A DNA stretch of 64,000 bases from Opitutus sp. GAS368 (GTDB lineage: Bacteria; Verrucomicrobiota; Verrucomicrobiia; Opitutales; Opitutaceae): assembly GCA_945861645.1 (NCBI GenBank), contig CAMAVZ010000004.1:1-64000 (forward strand). The letters are read 5' to 3'. Every line of letters begins with the position of its first letter. The stretch's first letter is position 1. Positions 20,343 to 30,595 of the stretch are shown one piece after another. The notes beneath the pieces are model-generated. The model did not search any database. It was not told the DNA's origin and saw nothing but the letters and a program-made list of their open reading frames with translations. The position numbers and the translations under genes were made by a program.

Positions 20343-21260
20343 TTATTTGGCCGTGACGTTCACGGTAATGGCGCTTTCGCCGGCGCTGCTCTTGAAGAAG
20401 AGCGAGCCACTGCCTGGGTTGCCACCTTGGATCATGACGGTGACGCTGGTCTGGCCGGCGCCGACCATGACTTCAGGCATGACCACGCTGGCGGGAACAT
20501 CGGTGGTGACATCAATCAGCATACCACCACCGGGAGCGGGGGTGGGGATGGTGAAGGTGAGCGCCTGTTGTTCCCCCGAGCGCAGCACGATGGCTGACGG
20601 GGATACTTGAAAATTGATGGCATCGACGCGGAAGCTGCCCGCGTCAAGATTGGCGCCAGCGCCAACGACACTGAGCTTGTAGCTGCGACCAGCATCAACG
20701 GCGGGGACGAAAAAGCTGAGCGCGCTGGGCGATTCGAAGACGGTGCGGGTGGGGACTTGGTCAAAATAGACGACGTCCTGCGGAGTAAAACCGGCGCCAA
20801 GTACGCTGACGCGGGAGCCGACGGGGGCGCGGGTTGCTTCCGAACGAATAATATACCGGCTCATGATTTTCATCGTTTGGAGCGCGGTATAAACCTCGTT
20901 GGACTGCGCGCTGGTCTGATGCTCGATCATGTAGTTACAGATAAAGTAATAAGAAGCTCCGGCGCGACCGGCGGGGATCTGATAGTCGAATTCCCAAATA
21001 TCGGCTCCGACCGAATTTTTGGTCATGGGATAGCTGGTGCTATCGATGATAATCCGCGGGGCAATGCTGGCGCGATCGATGCGCTTAGAATCGGGCCGGA
21101 AGCTCGCGGTGATCGTATAGATCTGGGAGGGATTTTGTGGGACGGTTTCCGGCGTCAGGTTCGTGATCGTGAGATTGCAGCCGGTCAGCACCAGCAGCCC
21201 GAGGGCGGCGGCGAGGGCGGAAAAAAATCTGCTCGCGTGAAGGAAGGGAGTCTTATGCAT
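20343..21260 (-). CDS. Lipoprotein with Ig-like/IPT-TIG-type domains
   Basis: Lipobox LTG-C; beta-rich; G.RV.V.G.GF...DVV.F...L.F.VP TIG pattern. Confidence 0.75.
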   Translation of the reverse strand: MHKTPFLHASRFFSALAAALGLLVLTGCNLTITNLTPETVPQNPSQIYTITASFRPDSKRIDRASIAPRIIIDSTSYPMTKNSVGADIWEFDYQIPAGRAGASYYFICNYMIEHQTSAQSNEVYTALQTMKIMSRYIIRSEATRAPVGSRVSVLGAGFTPQDVVYFDQVPTRTVFESPSALSFFVPAVDAGRSYKLSVVGAGANLDAGSFRVDAINFQVSPSAIVLRSGEQQALTFTIPTPAPGGGMLIDVTTDVPASVVMPEVMVGAGQTSVTVMIQGGNPGSGSLFFKSSAGESAITVNVTAK

Positions 21261-21323
21261 TTGTTTTATAGATAGCCGAGGCCACGTAGGCTGTTGGCAG
21301 GTCGTAAATTGACAACTTTCATA

Positions 21324-22538
21324 ATGGTCGAGTTCCCCTCAGGGCAAGAAAAAGCGCAGCCGATATTGCCGCCCCCGTCCCCGTCACCGCTGGGCGTCTA
21401 TATCCATGTCCCGTTTTGTGCGACTACTTGCGACTTTTGTGCATTTTATCAGACCGTACCCAAAGGTGATGCGGTGCGCCGATATCTTGATGGGGTAGAG
21501 ATGGAAGCAGGCCTAGTGGCGTGGCAGGGGCGGCGCATCAGCACGGCTTTTTGGGGCGGGGGCACGCCCGGCTTATTGCGTCCGGCTGAGATCGAGCAAT
21601 TAGGTCGCACGATGTTGCGGGGCGGCGAGGCGCCCGCGGAGTGGTCGGTGGAACTGGCTCCTGCCACCGTGACCGAAGATCGGCTCGCGGTGTTGCATGC
21701 ACTCGGGGTTACGCGAATTTCGCTGGGAGTACAAAGTTTTCGATCTGATCTGCTTGATGCTTTGGGCCGGCAGCACACGCCGGCCCAAATTTATCGAGCT
21801 TACGACCTGATTCGTGCGCGGGGTTTTGCCAGCGTTAATCTTGATCTGATGTTTGCGTTGCCCGGGCAGACCGAAACTCAATGGCGGGGCGATCTCGATG
21901 AGGCGCTCCGTCTCGCGCCGGATCATCTGTCCACCTACTGTTTAACTTTTGAGGAAGACACCGCGCTCTGGGTTAAATTATCACAGGGCAAGGTGAAGTT
22001 GGACGTCGAGAAGGAAGCCGCGTTTTATCAACACACGTGGGATTATCTGCGTGCGGCGGGCTATGCTCAGTACGAGGTGTCCAATTTTTCGCGCCCGGGG
22101 CAGGTCTGCCAGCACAATCTAAACACGTGGAATATGTATGAGTGGGTCGGGCTGGGGCCTTCGGCGGCTTCGCAGGATATTGGTTGGCGGAGCAGTAATC
22201 CGGCCGATCTCGCTCAGTGGTTGGCTGACGTGGGGCGGAGGCAACGGGCGACCAGTGATCGCGTCGCTTTGACGCCCGATTTGCTGGCCGCGGATGCGGT
22301 AATTTTTGGTCTGCGGATGAATGCCGGCGTCTCGCTGCCGCATTTACAACGTCGCTTTCCGGCGGCGCCGTGGGCGCAGTTGCACGATGCGTTGCCCGAA
22401 TTTATGGCCGGGGGATTGCTGGAGGCAACGGTGGCCGGACAAATTAGCCTGACGGACCGCGGTCGCTTACTCGCTGATGCGATAGGCGCGGAAATCCTTG
22501 AAGCTTTTGCCGCTTCCGTAAAAACATCATCGCCATGA
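21324..22538 (+). CDS. hemW: Radical SAM heme chaperone HemW (HemN-like)
   Basis: YIHVPFCATTCDFC, GGGTP, SLGVQSF, YEVSNF, HNLNTW. Confidence 0.88.
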   Translation: MVEFPSGQEKAQPILPPPSPSPLGVYIHVPFCATTCDFCAFYQTVPKGDAVRRYLDGVEMEAGLVAWQGRRISTAFWGGGTPGLLRPAEIEQLGRTMLRGGEAPAEWSVELAPATVTEDRLAVLHALGVTRISLGVQSFRSDLLDALGRQHTPAQIYRAYDLIRARGFASVNLDLMFALPGQTETQWRGDLDEALRLAPDHLSTYCLTFEEDTALWVKLSQGKVKLDVEKEAAFYQHTWDYLRAAGYAQYEVSNFSRPGQVCQHNLNTWNMYEWVGLGPSAASQDIGWRSSNPADLAQWLADVGRRQRATSDRVALTPDLLAADAVIFGLRMNAGVSLPHLQRRFPAAPWAQLHDALPEFMAGGLLEATVAGQISLTDRGRLLADAIGAEILEAFAASVKTSSP

Positions 22539-23032
22539 TCTCTCGCTATCCACGATTTCTCGGGCTAGTTTTGCTGCTGGTGGTTGGCGTGGTTGGGTGC
22601 CAGTCCCCAAGGCCAGTGGCCCCACCACTGGTGGCGCGATTTTTTCTCGAAGTCCGGCCGGGTGAAGGCGGCGTGCCACTGACGCTGCCGGTGAGCGGAG
22701 TGCTGATCACGGTTAATGCGAAACCCGTGATCGTCGAAAACGACATCGTCAACGCCGAGATCGCGCAAGTGGATCTAGGGCCCTGTCTGCTGCTCGAGCT
22801 TACCCCTGCCGCGAGCCGCGATCTCTATCGATTGTCGGTCGCCCAGCACGGGCAGCGTCTCGTGTTGGTCTTAAATGATGTGCCGGTAGGGGCGCGGCGG
22901 CTCGAGCCGAAGATGGCGGCAGATGGAATATTGATTTTTATTGAGACGCCGGCGACTGATTTGGCCGAGCAAGTGGCTCGGCTCAAGCGTACCTCAAATG
23001 CGATCACGGCGGCGGCGCGATCAGCCCCTTGA
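22535..23032 (+). CDS. Lipoprotein resembling a stand-alone SecD/F P1 head subdomain
   Basis: Lipobox VVG-C; pattern I.NAE..L.LT....L..LS....GQRL.LVLN; ATGA overlap with hemW. Confidence 0.6.
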   Translation: MISRYPRFLGLVLLLVVGVVGCQSPRPVAPPLVARFFLEVRPGEGGVPLTLPVSGVLITVNAKPVIVENDIVNAEIAQVDLGPCLLLELTPAASRDLYRLSVAQHGQRLVLVLNDVPVGARRLEPKMAADGILIFIETPATDLAEQVARLKRTSNAITAAARSAP

Positions 23033-23035
23033 GTC

Positions 23036-24115
23036 ATGATCGAGCTATGGTTTAGGGCTAAATTCAGAGTGACCTCGGTCGGGTGGCTTCGGCGGGCCGC
23101 TGCTAGCCGCCGCTGTTTGCTCGGACTCAGTTTTTTTGTGGCACCATTTAGTTTTGCGCAACGCTTGGAGCTGACTTGGCCGACTCCCAATCGAGCTTGG
23201 GCGCAAGGTCGCAGTAGCGCGGCTTGGGTACAGCCCACGGTGTCGGGCGATCCGGAGTCCGGTCTTTTTGGCTGTGTGCGGAGTGCTGGTGGGCAATTTC
23301 ACGAAGGGCTCGATATTAAACCCGTGGGTCGCGATGCGCGCGGTGAGCCCACCGATAAGATTTTTGCCGCTCTACCCGGGGTGGTGCGCTATCTCAGCAT
23401 CAAGCCCCGGGAAAGTAATTACGGTCGCTATATTGTCATCGAGCATCCGGGCGTAACGCCGGCGGTTTTTACTCTTTATGCCCATCTGGCTAAAATTGAA
23501 CCGGGCGTTGGGGTGGGTAGCCACGTCCAGCTGGGGCAGGTGATTGCGACGATGGGGCACAGTGCCGGGGGTGGGGGCATTCCGGCGGAGCGGGCGCATC
23601 TGCATTTTGAGATCGGGCTGATGGCAACGACTAATTTTTCGTCTTGGTATGCTTGGAAAAAATTCGGCAGTACCAACGAGCACGGACTGTGGAACGGCAT
23701 GAATTTAATGGGCCTCGATCCGCTTGATTTTCTCCGGCAATGGCGGGAGCGCCGGGTGGATAATCTTCAGCAATATTTCGCTAATATGCGGAGCGTCGTG
23801 CGCGTGCGCGTCGTGACCAGCCGAACGCCAGATTTTATCCGGCGCTATCCGGCTTTGCTCCGCAAGCCGTTGCCTCTGGGGTTTGTCTCGGGCTGGGAAA
23901 TTGAGTGCAACGCGACGGGCCTCCCGTTTGCTTGGACGCCGCTCGGTCCCGCCGAGGTCGCGGGGTTACGATCAGAGTCGGTGCACATCAGGTCGGTCGA
24001 AGCGGCGAGCGTCCGGGCCTATCGTTGCAAATCGTTGGTCAAGCAGCGCGGATCGAGCTACGCGCCCGGCGGAGATTTGCAGACCATGCTGCAGCTAATT
24101 TTTGGGCTGCGGTGA
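23036..24115 (+). CDS. M23 family metallopeptidase with C-terminal extension (start uncertain)
   Basis: HEGLD, YGRYIVIEH, YAHL, HLHFE. Confidence 0.9.
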   Translation: MIELWFRAKFRVTSVGWLRRAAASRRCLLGLSFFVAPFSFAQRLELTWPTPNRAWAQGRSSAAWVQPTVSGDPESGLFGCVRSAGGQFHEGLDIKPVGRDARGEPTDKIFAALPGVVRYLSIKPRESNYGRYIVIEHPGVTPAVFTLYAHLAKIEPGVGVGSHVQLGQVIATMGHSAGGGGIPAERAHLHFEIGLMATTNFSSWYAWKKFGSTNEHGLWNGMNLMGLDPLDFLRQWRERRVDNLQQYFANMRSVVRVRVVTSRTPDFIRRYPALLRKPLPLGFVSGWEIECNATGLPFAWTPLGPAEVAGLRSESVHIRSVEAASVRAYRCKSLVKQRGSSYAPGGDLQTMLQLIFGLR

Positions 24116-24132
24116 GGCTCGGCCCCGGCGTT

Positions 24133-24507
24133 TCAACTCTGCGGCTTAAGCTGATGAATCAATTTTTGAAATTCCGGATTAGATTTCAAACCTTCGAGGT
24201 CGGGGTCCTGCTGCATCCAGTCGAGATCATCGTAGCCTAAAGAAATTGCCGTGCGCAGCGCGCGGAGGGCATCGGGGCGTTTTTTGCACAAGGCTAAGCT
24301 GCAGGCTAAATTATAATGGGCGGTGGGGTTCGCGGGTTCGAGCCGCACAAGTTTGCGATCCATGCGTAAGCCATCGACGATGCGGCCGGCTTTCGTGTAG
24401 AGCCCGCCGAGCAGACCGACGACCTCGGTGTAGCCGGGGCAGCGTTGATAGACCGCTTCAAAGAATTGAATTTCAAATTGCGAATCGTGTTTAGCGGGAC
24501 GGAGCAT
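24133..24507 (-). CDS. Small TPR protein
   Basis: HYNLACSLAL...A...L..AI.LGY.D..WM..DPDL terminal TPR pattern. Confidence 0.82.
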   Translation of the reverse strand: MLRPAKHDSQFEIQFFEAVYQRCPGYTEVVGLLGGLYTKAGRIVDGLRMDRKLVRLEPANPTAHYNLACSLALCKKRPDALRALRTAISLGYDDLDWMQQDPDLEGLKSNPEFQKLIHQLKPQS

Positions 24508-24508
24508 G

Positions 24509-24976
24509 TTATTTTTTACGATGGTGAGGGCAGCGGCCGCTCGATTGAAAGGCGATGCACTGGGCGCTCACTTGCAGACGTTGAGCGATGGGTTTGAGGC
24601 CGAGTTTCAAGGCGACGGTGCTGCCATACCATTCCATAAAAGGCGCATTAATTTCGGAGATTTTGTGGCAATCAACGCACACCACTTGGGCTACTTCCGT
24701 GGCGCCGCTGCTGGTGGCAAAATAAAATTTCTCGCCAGAGCCAATATCAACTTCGCGTAAAAGGAGGCAGGCGGTCATGAGAGGCAGCGTGCGGTACACC
24801 GTGGCGCGAGAGACGGAATCGTCGAGCGCGCGGGCTTGGTCGAGGAGTTGTTCCGCGGTGAAATGCTCGGTTTGCGCCAAGGCGGCGGCAAAAATGGCGA
24901 GGCGTTGTTTAGTTACCCGGAGCCCTCGGCTGGCCAGATAGGCTTGGAATTTTTCGCGGGCAACAACGTGACTCAC
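24509..24976 (-). CDS. Fur-family transcriptional regulator (atypical)
   Basis: GLRVTKQR, HFTAE, VSRATVYRTL, CxxC; GTG start assumed at 24976. Confidence 0.88.
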   Translation of the reverse strand: MSHVVAREKFQAYLASRGLRVTKQRLAIFAAALAQTEHFTAEQLLDQARALDDSVSRATVYRTLPLMTACLLLREVDIGSGEKFYFATSSGATEVAQVVCVDCHKISEINAPFMEWYGSTVALKLGLKPIAQRLQVSAQCIAFQSSGRCPHHRKK

Positions 24977-25049
24977 GGCGGCAATGTCGGGGCGGCACTT
25001 TCGTCCTGTCAACTCGGAAGCGGGGGACTCGGGGCGGCGGGGGCGCGGT

Positions 25050-26420
25050 TTACTCTGGGGCGGTGTAACTGGTGTTACCGCCGAACTGTTGCCAGCGACG
25101 AGCGACGCTGCGGCTGAGGCCCAGCGCTAACGCTGCGAGCAGACTACTGGCCAGAAAAGTGTAGCGATAATCACTGCCCAGTCGGTCGAGCATGGCGCCC
25201 AGCAGTGGGCCCAGACCCATATTAAAGATGGCCGAGATCAGACTGCCCGCGGCGGCAAATTGGGCGAATTTTAATTTGGGGTAGAGCATTTGGCCGATGG
25301 CCGCGGTCCCGGTGAAGAAAATGCCCGAAACAATCCCATGGGCGAGGAGCACGATGCCATAGGACGGCTGATCGTGCACCCAGACGAAACCGGCCAACAT
25401 GAGGCCGGCATAGAGTAAAAGAGCCCCTTGCCCAACGCGGAGCGGGTGATAGCGATCCGCTAGCCAGCCGAGCGGAAAGGATAGGCCAAATGAGGTCAGA
25501 AAAGTTATCGCGAGGTATTTACCATAAATCTCCACCGTCATTCCGTAGCTTTTCGCAGTGTAAATGGCGAACGTGTTGACCGGGAGAAAGGCCGCGTTGG
25601 CCAAAGCGATAAAGGAAAAGACCCACAGATAATAAGGTTTGGATAAGCAATCGCGGAAATAAGCGCCCATCGCCTCGACCACGAGAGGTCGGCCCGGGGT
25701 GGTGGGCGGCGGCGGCGGATAGTCGCCTTCCTTGATCCGCAAGCACATCACCGAAAAGCCAACGCCATAAATAAGGCCCACGGTGGCTAAAATAATCGAG
25801 TAGTTGGCCTCGGCGTGGCCGATGATTTTCCAGTTAAAGAAAATGCCCGCCCCAAGCCCCACGGCGCGGAAGAGGCCGTAAAAACGACCGAGCCACGCGC
25901 GCGGCACGACATCGTTGATCAGTCCGTTGAAGAGCGCGTTGGAAATGACTACCCCGATTTCGAAAACGATCCAGCAAGCCCCCATGGTTAGAAGGATGGT
26001 GCGGTTGACATTGGCGGGGTTGCCGCCGCTCCAGTGGTGGATGGCCCGCCCGATCGCGGGGCTGTAGGCTAGGCCTAACATTGCGAGCGTCACAAAAGGC
26101 GTGGGCCATAAAAGAAAAGGCAGACGCCGTCCTCGGCGACTCCGGTGACGATCACTCCAATAACTAACGATCGGACCAACAAAAAAAATAATTGCTTGCG
26201 GGATCGTGAGGAGAAAAATTCCGGTAACTAAATCGCTAGCCTGATACTTTTTGAGCATCAGCTGGGTGACGGGGACCGCTGATCTTTCGCGCATCATATA
26301 GGCGAAATCACCGAATAGCAGCCAAGTGAACAACAGCGCGAGTCCGGCCGTCGTGTAGGTCAGGGTACCGACCGACCAGGTTTTTTGGTAAGCGGAAGGT
26401 GACGAAGGCGATGGGGTCAT
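25050..26420 (-). CDS. MFS transporter
   Basis: About 12 TM segments; SDRHRSRRGRR and GWLADR motif A variants. Confidence 0.88.
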   Translation of the reverse strand: MTPSPSSPSAYQKTWSVGTLTYTTAGLALLFTWLLFGDFAYMMRERSAVPVTQLMLKKYQASDLVTGIFLLTIPQAIIFFVGPIVSYWSDRHRSRRGRRLPFLLWPTPFVTLAMLGLAYSPAIGRAIHHWSGGNPANVNRTILLTMGACWIVFEIGVVISNALFNGLINDVVPRAWLGRFYGLFRAVGLGAGIFFNWKIIGHAEANYSIILATVGLIYGVGFSVMCLRIKEGDYPPPPPTTPGRPLVVEAMGAYFRDCLSKPYYLWVFSFIALANAAFLPVNTFAIYTAKSYGMTVEIYGKYLAITFLTSFGLSFPLGWLADRYHPLRVGQGALLLYAGLMLAGFVWVHDQPSYGIVLLAHGIVSGIFFTGTAAIGQMLYPKLKFAQFAAAGSLISAIFNMGLGPLLGAMLDRLGSDYRYTFLASSLLAALALGLSRSVARRWQQFGGNTSYTAPE

Positions 26421-26734
26421 GGATGAGGGCAAATCCGGAAAATGGGGTCGGTTGATCTTACTCAGTGCACACTGCTGTGTAGAAAATGGTCAAGGCGAGG
26501 TGTGTCCAGCGGGGGTGATGACGTTAAGGCGTGCGGGAAAATATCCTGACCGGCAAGAGAGTTGTGGCAGGCGACCACCTTCCCCGTGCGACGATTGTTC
26601 GGCGGCGGGCTGCATTGAGAGCCGTTGGCCGAGTCTAGCGGATGGTGCGACTGCACGGGGGCAGGCTCCGCTTGCCGGCAGAATATCACGACCGTGCATT
26701 GACTCAGTCCCGCGGGCGAACATTCACTTGCAGG

Positions 26735-28966
26735 ATGATTGTGGGAGTTCAGCCCATGGCCGGTTTCGACAAACTTCTGCACTATAAAGTGCCAGAAGCA
26801 TTCCGCGCGGAAATACGAGCGGGCTCGCTGGTACGAGTACCGATTAGTTCGCGTCACCACCTTGGTTTAGTGATGGAGCTTAATGCTCAGCCCGATTGTG
26901 CGCTCGAGAAATTGAAATTAATCAGTGACGTCCTGCATGATTATCCTGCCCTGACTCCCGATCTACTCGGGCTCGCTCGGTGGATGCACACTTACTATGC
27001 CGCCCGAATGGAGACAGTATTGGAGGCGATGATTCCCGCTGCCGTACGTGATGGGGCGCGGTTGAAAACTGAAAAATATCTCAGCCTCACTCGTATCCTG
27101 ACCGCCGAAGAGTTAGGCCTGCTCCGGAAGAAGGCGCCTCAGCAGGCCCGGTTGGGAGAATTTCTCCAAGGGCAGATCCAGCCCGTAAAAAAATCTCTCG
27201 TGCTCACGCGACTTGATCTCACCGCGGCGGTGGTGACGGCGTTGCTCAAACGGGGTTTAGTGCGGGAGGAAACGCGTTCCGTGGAGCGCGTCGCCTACGC
27301 TGATAATTGGACCGGGGGCGAAGTGGTGACGGGCTTGCCCCCTAAACTTAATGCCGAGCAGGCCACCGTGGTGCAGGCGCTCAGCGCTAGCCTTACGGCG
27401 GGAAAATTTGCCGTTCATTTGCTGCATGGCGTGACGGGTTCGGGTAAAACCGAAGTTTACCTCCGCGCGGTCGAGCAGGTCCTAGCCGCCGGGGGCAGTG
27501 CAATTTATCTCGTCCCCGAGGTGGCACTCACGCCGCAAACCGTAGCCCGCTTGCGGGGGCGCTTTGAATCTGCGGGGCACAAAACCGTGGTTTGGCATAG
27601 CCACCTCGGTGAGGGCGAGCGCTTGGATGGCTGGACCGCGTTGGCCTCTGGGCAGGCGCGAGTGGTGGTGGGAGCGCGGTCGGCGGTGTTTGCGCCGGTG
27701 CAAGATTTACAGCTGATCGTGGTCGATGAGGAACATGAGCCCGCGTATAAACAGGATGAGACGCCGCGTTACCACGGGCGGGATGTGGCGGTCTATCGGG
27801 CAAAATTAGCGGGCTGTGTTTGCTTGCTCGGTTCGGCCACCCCCTCGTTGGAATCCTGGGCGAACGTCCAAGCGGGTAAATATCAGCTCAATATTCTGAC
27901 GAAGCGGGTCGATGACAAAAAATTGCCCGATATTCACGTGGTGGATATGCGGATCGAAATCGTGCGGCAACGGGGATTGGTAACCCTTTCGCGTTTACTC
28001 GTTGATCACATGCACCGGCGTTTCGAGCGCAAGGAGCAGATTATCCTTTTTATTAATCGCCGCGGCTATGCCTCGAGTATGCAGTGCCGAAAATGTGGGC
28101 ACGTGGAGCAGTGTCCGCACTGCAGTGTTTCGATGACTTATCACCGCGCGGATGAGACGCTGAAATGTCATCTCTGCGGCCATGCCCGCGGGGCGCCGGC
28201 GGTTTGTCCGGCCTGTGCGGCCCCCGACATCCGTTGGCGTGGACTCGGCACGCAACGGGTGGAGGAGGCGGTCCGGCGGGTATTACCGCGAGCGCGATTG
28301 GAGCGAATGGATGCCGATACCATGGCAAAAAAGCATCTCTTCCGGCAAATTCTCGGCGATTTCCGGGCCGGGAAAATTGACGTACTTATTGGCACGCAAA
28401 TGATCGGGAAGGGTTTGGATTTCCCGAATGTTACCCTCGTTGGTTTAGTCGATGCGGATCTTTCCATGCATGTGCCTGATTTTCGCGCCAATGAGCGGAC
28501 CTTTCAACTGCTCGTGCAGGTCGCGGGTCGGGCCGGTCGAGGCGATCGGGCGGGGGAGGTGGTGGTGCAGTCGTTCACGCCTAAGTCAGAGGCGATTCAG
28601 TTTGCCCGGCATGCCGATTATAACGGATTTGCGGAGGGTGAGCTCGCGATGCGCAAAAAATTTAATTATCCGCCCTACCGCCATCTCATTCACCACATTT
28701 TTCGGGGTCCCAATCAGGAGAAAATAAAATTTTTCGCGGAGCACTGGGTCAAGCAAGTCGAGCAAGCCTTGGGGGGCATCGTGGAAATTCGTGGACCAGC
28801 CCCAGCGCCGATTGAAAAAGTGAAAGATGAATATCGTTACCAGATTTGGTATTTTTGTGCCCGCACCACGGTGGTAGTCCCCAGGTTAGTGCGCTTGCAG
28901 GGCACCGTCAAATGGCCGGACGATGTGATCCAAGTGCTCGACGTTGATCCGATGAGCCTCGTGTAA
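26735..28966 (+). CDS. priA: Primosomal protein N' (replication restart helicase)
   Basis: GVTGSGKT, DEEH, SATPS, four CxxC, KGLDFP, QVAGRAGR. Confidence 0.97.
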   Translation: MIVGVQPMAGFDKLLHYKVPEAFRAEIRAGSLVRVPISSRHHLGLVMELNAQPDCALEKLKLISDVLHDYPALTPDLLGLARWMHTYYAARMETVLEAMIPAAVRDGARLKTEKYLSLTRILTAEELGLLRKKAPQQARLGEFLQGQIQPVKKSLVLTRLDLTAAVVTALLKRGLVREETRSVERVAYADNWTGGEVVTGLPPKLNAEQATVVQALSASLTAGKFAVHLLHGVTGSGKTEVYLRAVEQVLAAGGSAIYLVPEVALTPQTVARLRGRFESAGHKTVVWHSHLGEGERLDGWTALASGQARVVVGARSAVFAPVQDLQLIVVDEEHEPAYKQDETPRYHGRDVAVYRAKLAGCVCLLGSATPSLESWANVQAGKYQLNILTKRVDDKKLPDIHVVDMRIEIVRQRGLVTLSRLLVDHMHRRFERKEQIILFINRRGYASSMQCRKCGHVEQCPHCSVSMTYHRADETLKCHLCGHARGAPAVCPACAAPDIRWRGLGTQRVEEAVRRVLPRARLERMDADTMAKKHLFRQILGDFRAGKIDVLIGTQMIGKGLDFPNVTLVGLVDADLSMHVPDFRANERTFQLLVQVAGRAGRGDRAGEVVVQSFTPKSEAIQFARHADYNGFAEGELAMRKKFNYPPYRHLIHHIFRGPNQEKIKFFAEHWVKQVEQALGGIVEIRGPAPAPIEKVKDEYRYQIWYFCARTTVVVPRLVRLQGTVKWPDDVIQVLDVDPMSLV

Positions 28967-29160
28967 GTGATTTGCGCAGCGAGCGCCGTCGCGCGACGGG
29001 AGCGGGATTAAGCTTTAACCCACTCGGATACTCACTAGCCCGCTTCATTTCATGGATTGAGGTTATCCTGTTGACGCGATGTTGCACGGTCTAGCGGTGG
29101 GGGGTGGGGCATATATTTCCGCGTTGCCAAGAACGAGGGGGTAACCGTTGCTTCTGCCCT

Positions 29161-30561
29161 ATGGGCAAGCAGGCACAAGTCAGTTGGGGTGGGCGTTTCT
29201 CGGCGGGTCCCGCCGAGTTGATGCTGCGTTTTAGCGCATCGGTCAGCTTTGACCGTCGCCTCGCTCCGTTTGATATTCAAGGAAGCCAGGCGCACGCGGC
29301 GATGTTGGCGCACGTGGGTTTGATCACGCGGCGCGAGTGCAAAGCCATCCATCGCGGGCTGGAGGCGATTCTCAGTGAGATCAACCAGGGAAAATTTAAA
29401 TGGTCTCAGCAACTGGAAGATGTGCACATGAACATCGAACAGGCGCTGACCAAGCGCGTGCCGGCGGCCGCTAAATTGCACACGGCGCGGAGCCGGAACG
29501 ATCAAGTGGCGACGGATATGCGGCTGTATTTTAAGGCCGCCTGCGCGGAGGTCATCGCCAGCTTGCAAGCAGCGCAGCGGGCCATTCTCGCCGTAGTTGA
29601 AAAAGATGGGAGCGTTTTGCTCCCGGGCTACACTCATTTGCAGCGGGCGCAGCCGGTGTATCTGGCGCATCATTTTTTTGCTTACCTAGAAATGTTGGAG
29701 CGGGATGCGGCGCGTTTTGCCGTGGTGGCTGACCATGCTAATTGGTGTCCGCTCGGCTCCGGCGCGATTGCGGGCACAACCTTGCCCATCGATCGGGAAT
29801 ATACGGCTGAGTTGCTGGGCTTTGTGGATGCGCAAGGTCGGCCCCGGGTGACTCAAAATAGTATGGATGCGGTCAGCGACCGAGACCTCTATATTGAATT
29901 TGCCGCAGCTTGCGCCCTCGTGGGGGTGCATTTTTCGCGGCTCGCGGAGGATCTGATATTGTGGTCCAGCCAAGAGTTTAAATTTATCGAGCTACCCGAT
30001 GCTTTCTGCACGGGCTCGAGTCTGATGCCGCAGAAGAAAAATCCTGACTCGCTCGAATTGTTGCGGGGAAAATCAGCGCGGCTGCAGGGCAATCTGCACA
30101 CGTTGCTGACGTTGGTCAAAGGGCTGCCGTTGACCTATAATCGCGATTTGCAGGAGGACAAACCGCCGGTGTTTGATAGTCATGATCAAACGGTGCTCTG
30201 CCTGGCGGTGCTCGCCGGCACCGTGGCGGGTTTAAAAATGCATCGGGCGAAATGTGCAGCGGCGGTCGCGGACCCCGCCTTATTGGCGACCGATTTAGCG
30301 GATTATCTCGTGCGACGCGGGGTGGCCTTCCGCGCCGCTCATCATGCGGTTGGCACCGTGGTCAAGTTGGCGGAAAAGCAAGGGGTGGCGCTTAATCGAC
30401 TAACTAATGCCGAGGTGAAAGCCATCCATCCCGCTCTAGGTTCAGACTGGACGAGTGCCTTTGATCTTTCGGCCGCCATGGCGCGGCGCACAGGCACGGG
30501 TATGCCGGGCCCGGCGCAGATGGCACGGCAGTTCAAACGTTGGCAGAAGCTCTTGGGGTAA
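29161..30561 (+). CDS. argH: Argininosuccinate lyase
   Basis: [39 protein letters not shown]. Confidence 0.97.
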   Translation: MGKQAQVSWGGRFSAGPAELMLRFSASVSFDRRLAPFDIQGSQAHAAMLAHVGLITRRECKAIHRGLEAILSEINQGKFKWSQQLEDVHMNIEQALTKRVPAAAKLHTARSRNDQVATDMRLYFKAACAEVIASLQAAQRAILAVVEKDGSVLLPGYTHLQRAQPVYLAHHFFAYLEMLERDAARFAVVADHANWCPLGSGAIAGTTLPIDREYTAELLGFVDAQGRPRVTQNSMDAVSDRDLYIEFAAACALVGVHFSRLAEDLILWSSQEFKFIELPDAFCTGSSLMPQKKNPDSLELLRGKSARLQGNLHTLLTLVKGLPLTYNRDLQEDKPPVFDSHDQTVLCLAVLAGTVAGLKMHRAKCAAAVADPALLATDLADYLVRRGVAFRAAHHAVGTVVKLAEKQGVALNRLTNAEVKAIHPALGSDWTSAFDLSAAMARRTGTGMPGPAQMARQFKRWQKLLG

Positions 30562-30595
30562 GCGGGAAGGCTCGCGGTCGCGCGTTTTAACCGCC

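Noticed and set aside
20607..21275. 222-aa ORF antisense to the TIG lipoprotein
   Set aside because: Antisense shadow; the minus-strand gene has a lipobox and terminator.
26462..26860. Short ORFs in the MFS-priA divergent gap
   Set aside because: Overlap priA or lack motifs; more likely promoter DNA.
28986..28999. 14-bp palindrome CCGTCGCGCGACGG after priA
   Set aside because: GC-rich, no U tail, no other copies noticed; likely chance or a simple 3' hairpin.
30455..30595. Long N-terminal extensions in the ORF track (mutL; also ugd, hemH, gpmI, priA, thrS)
   Set aside because: They come from upstream alternative start codons, some overlapping neighbouring genes; family homology begins at the downstream ATG.
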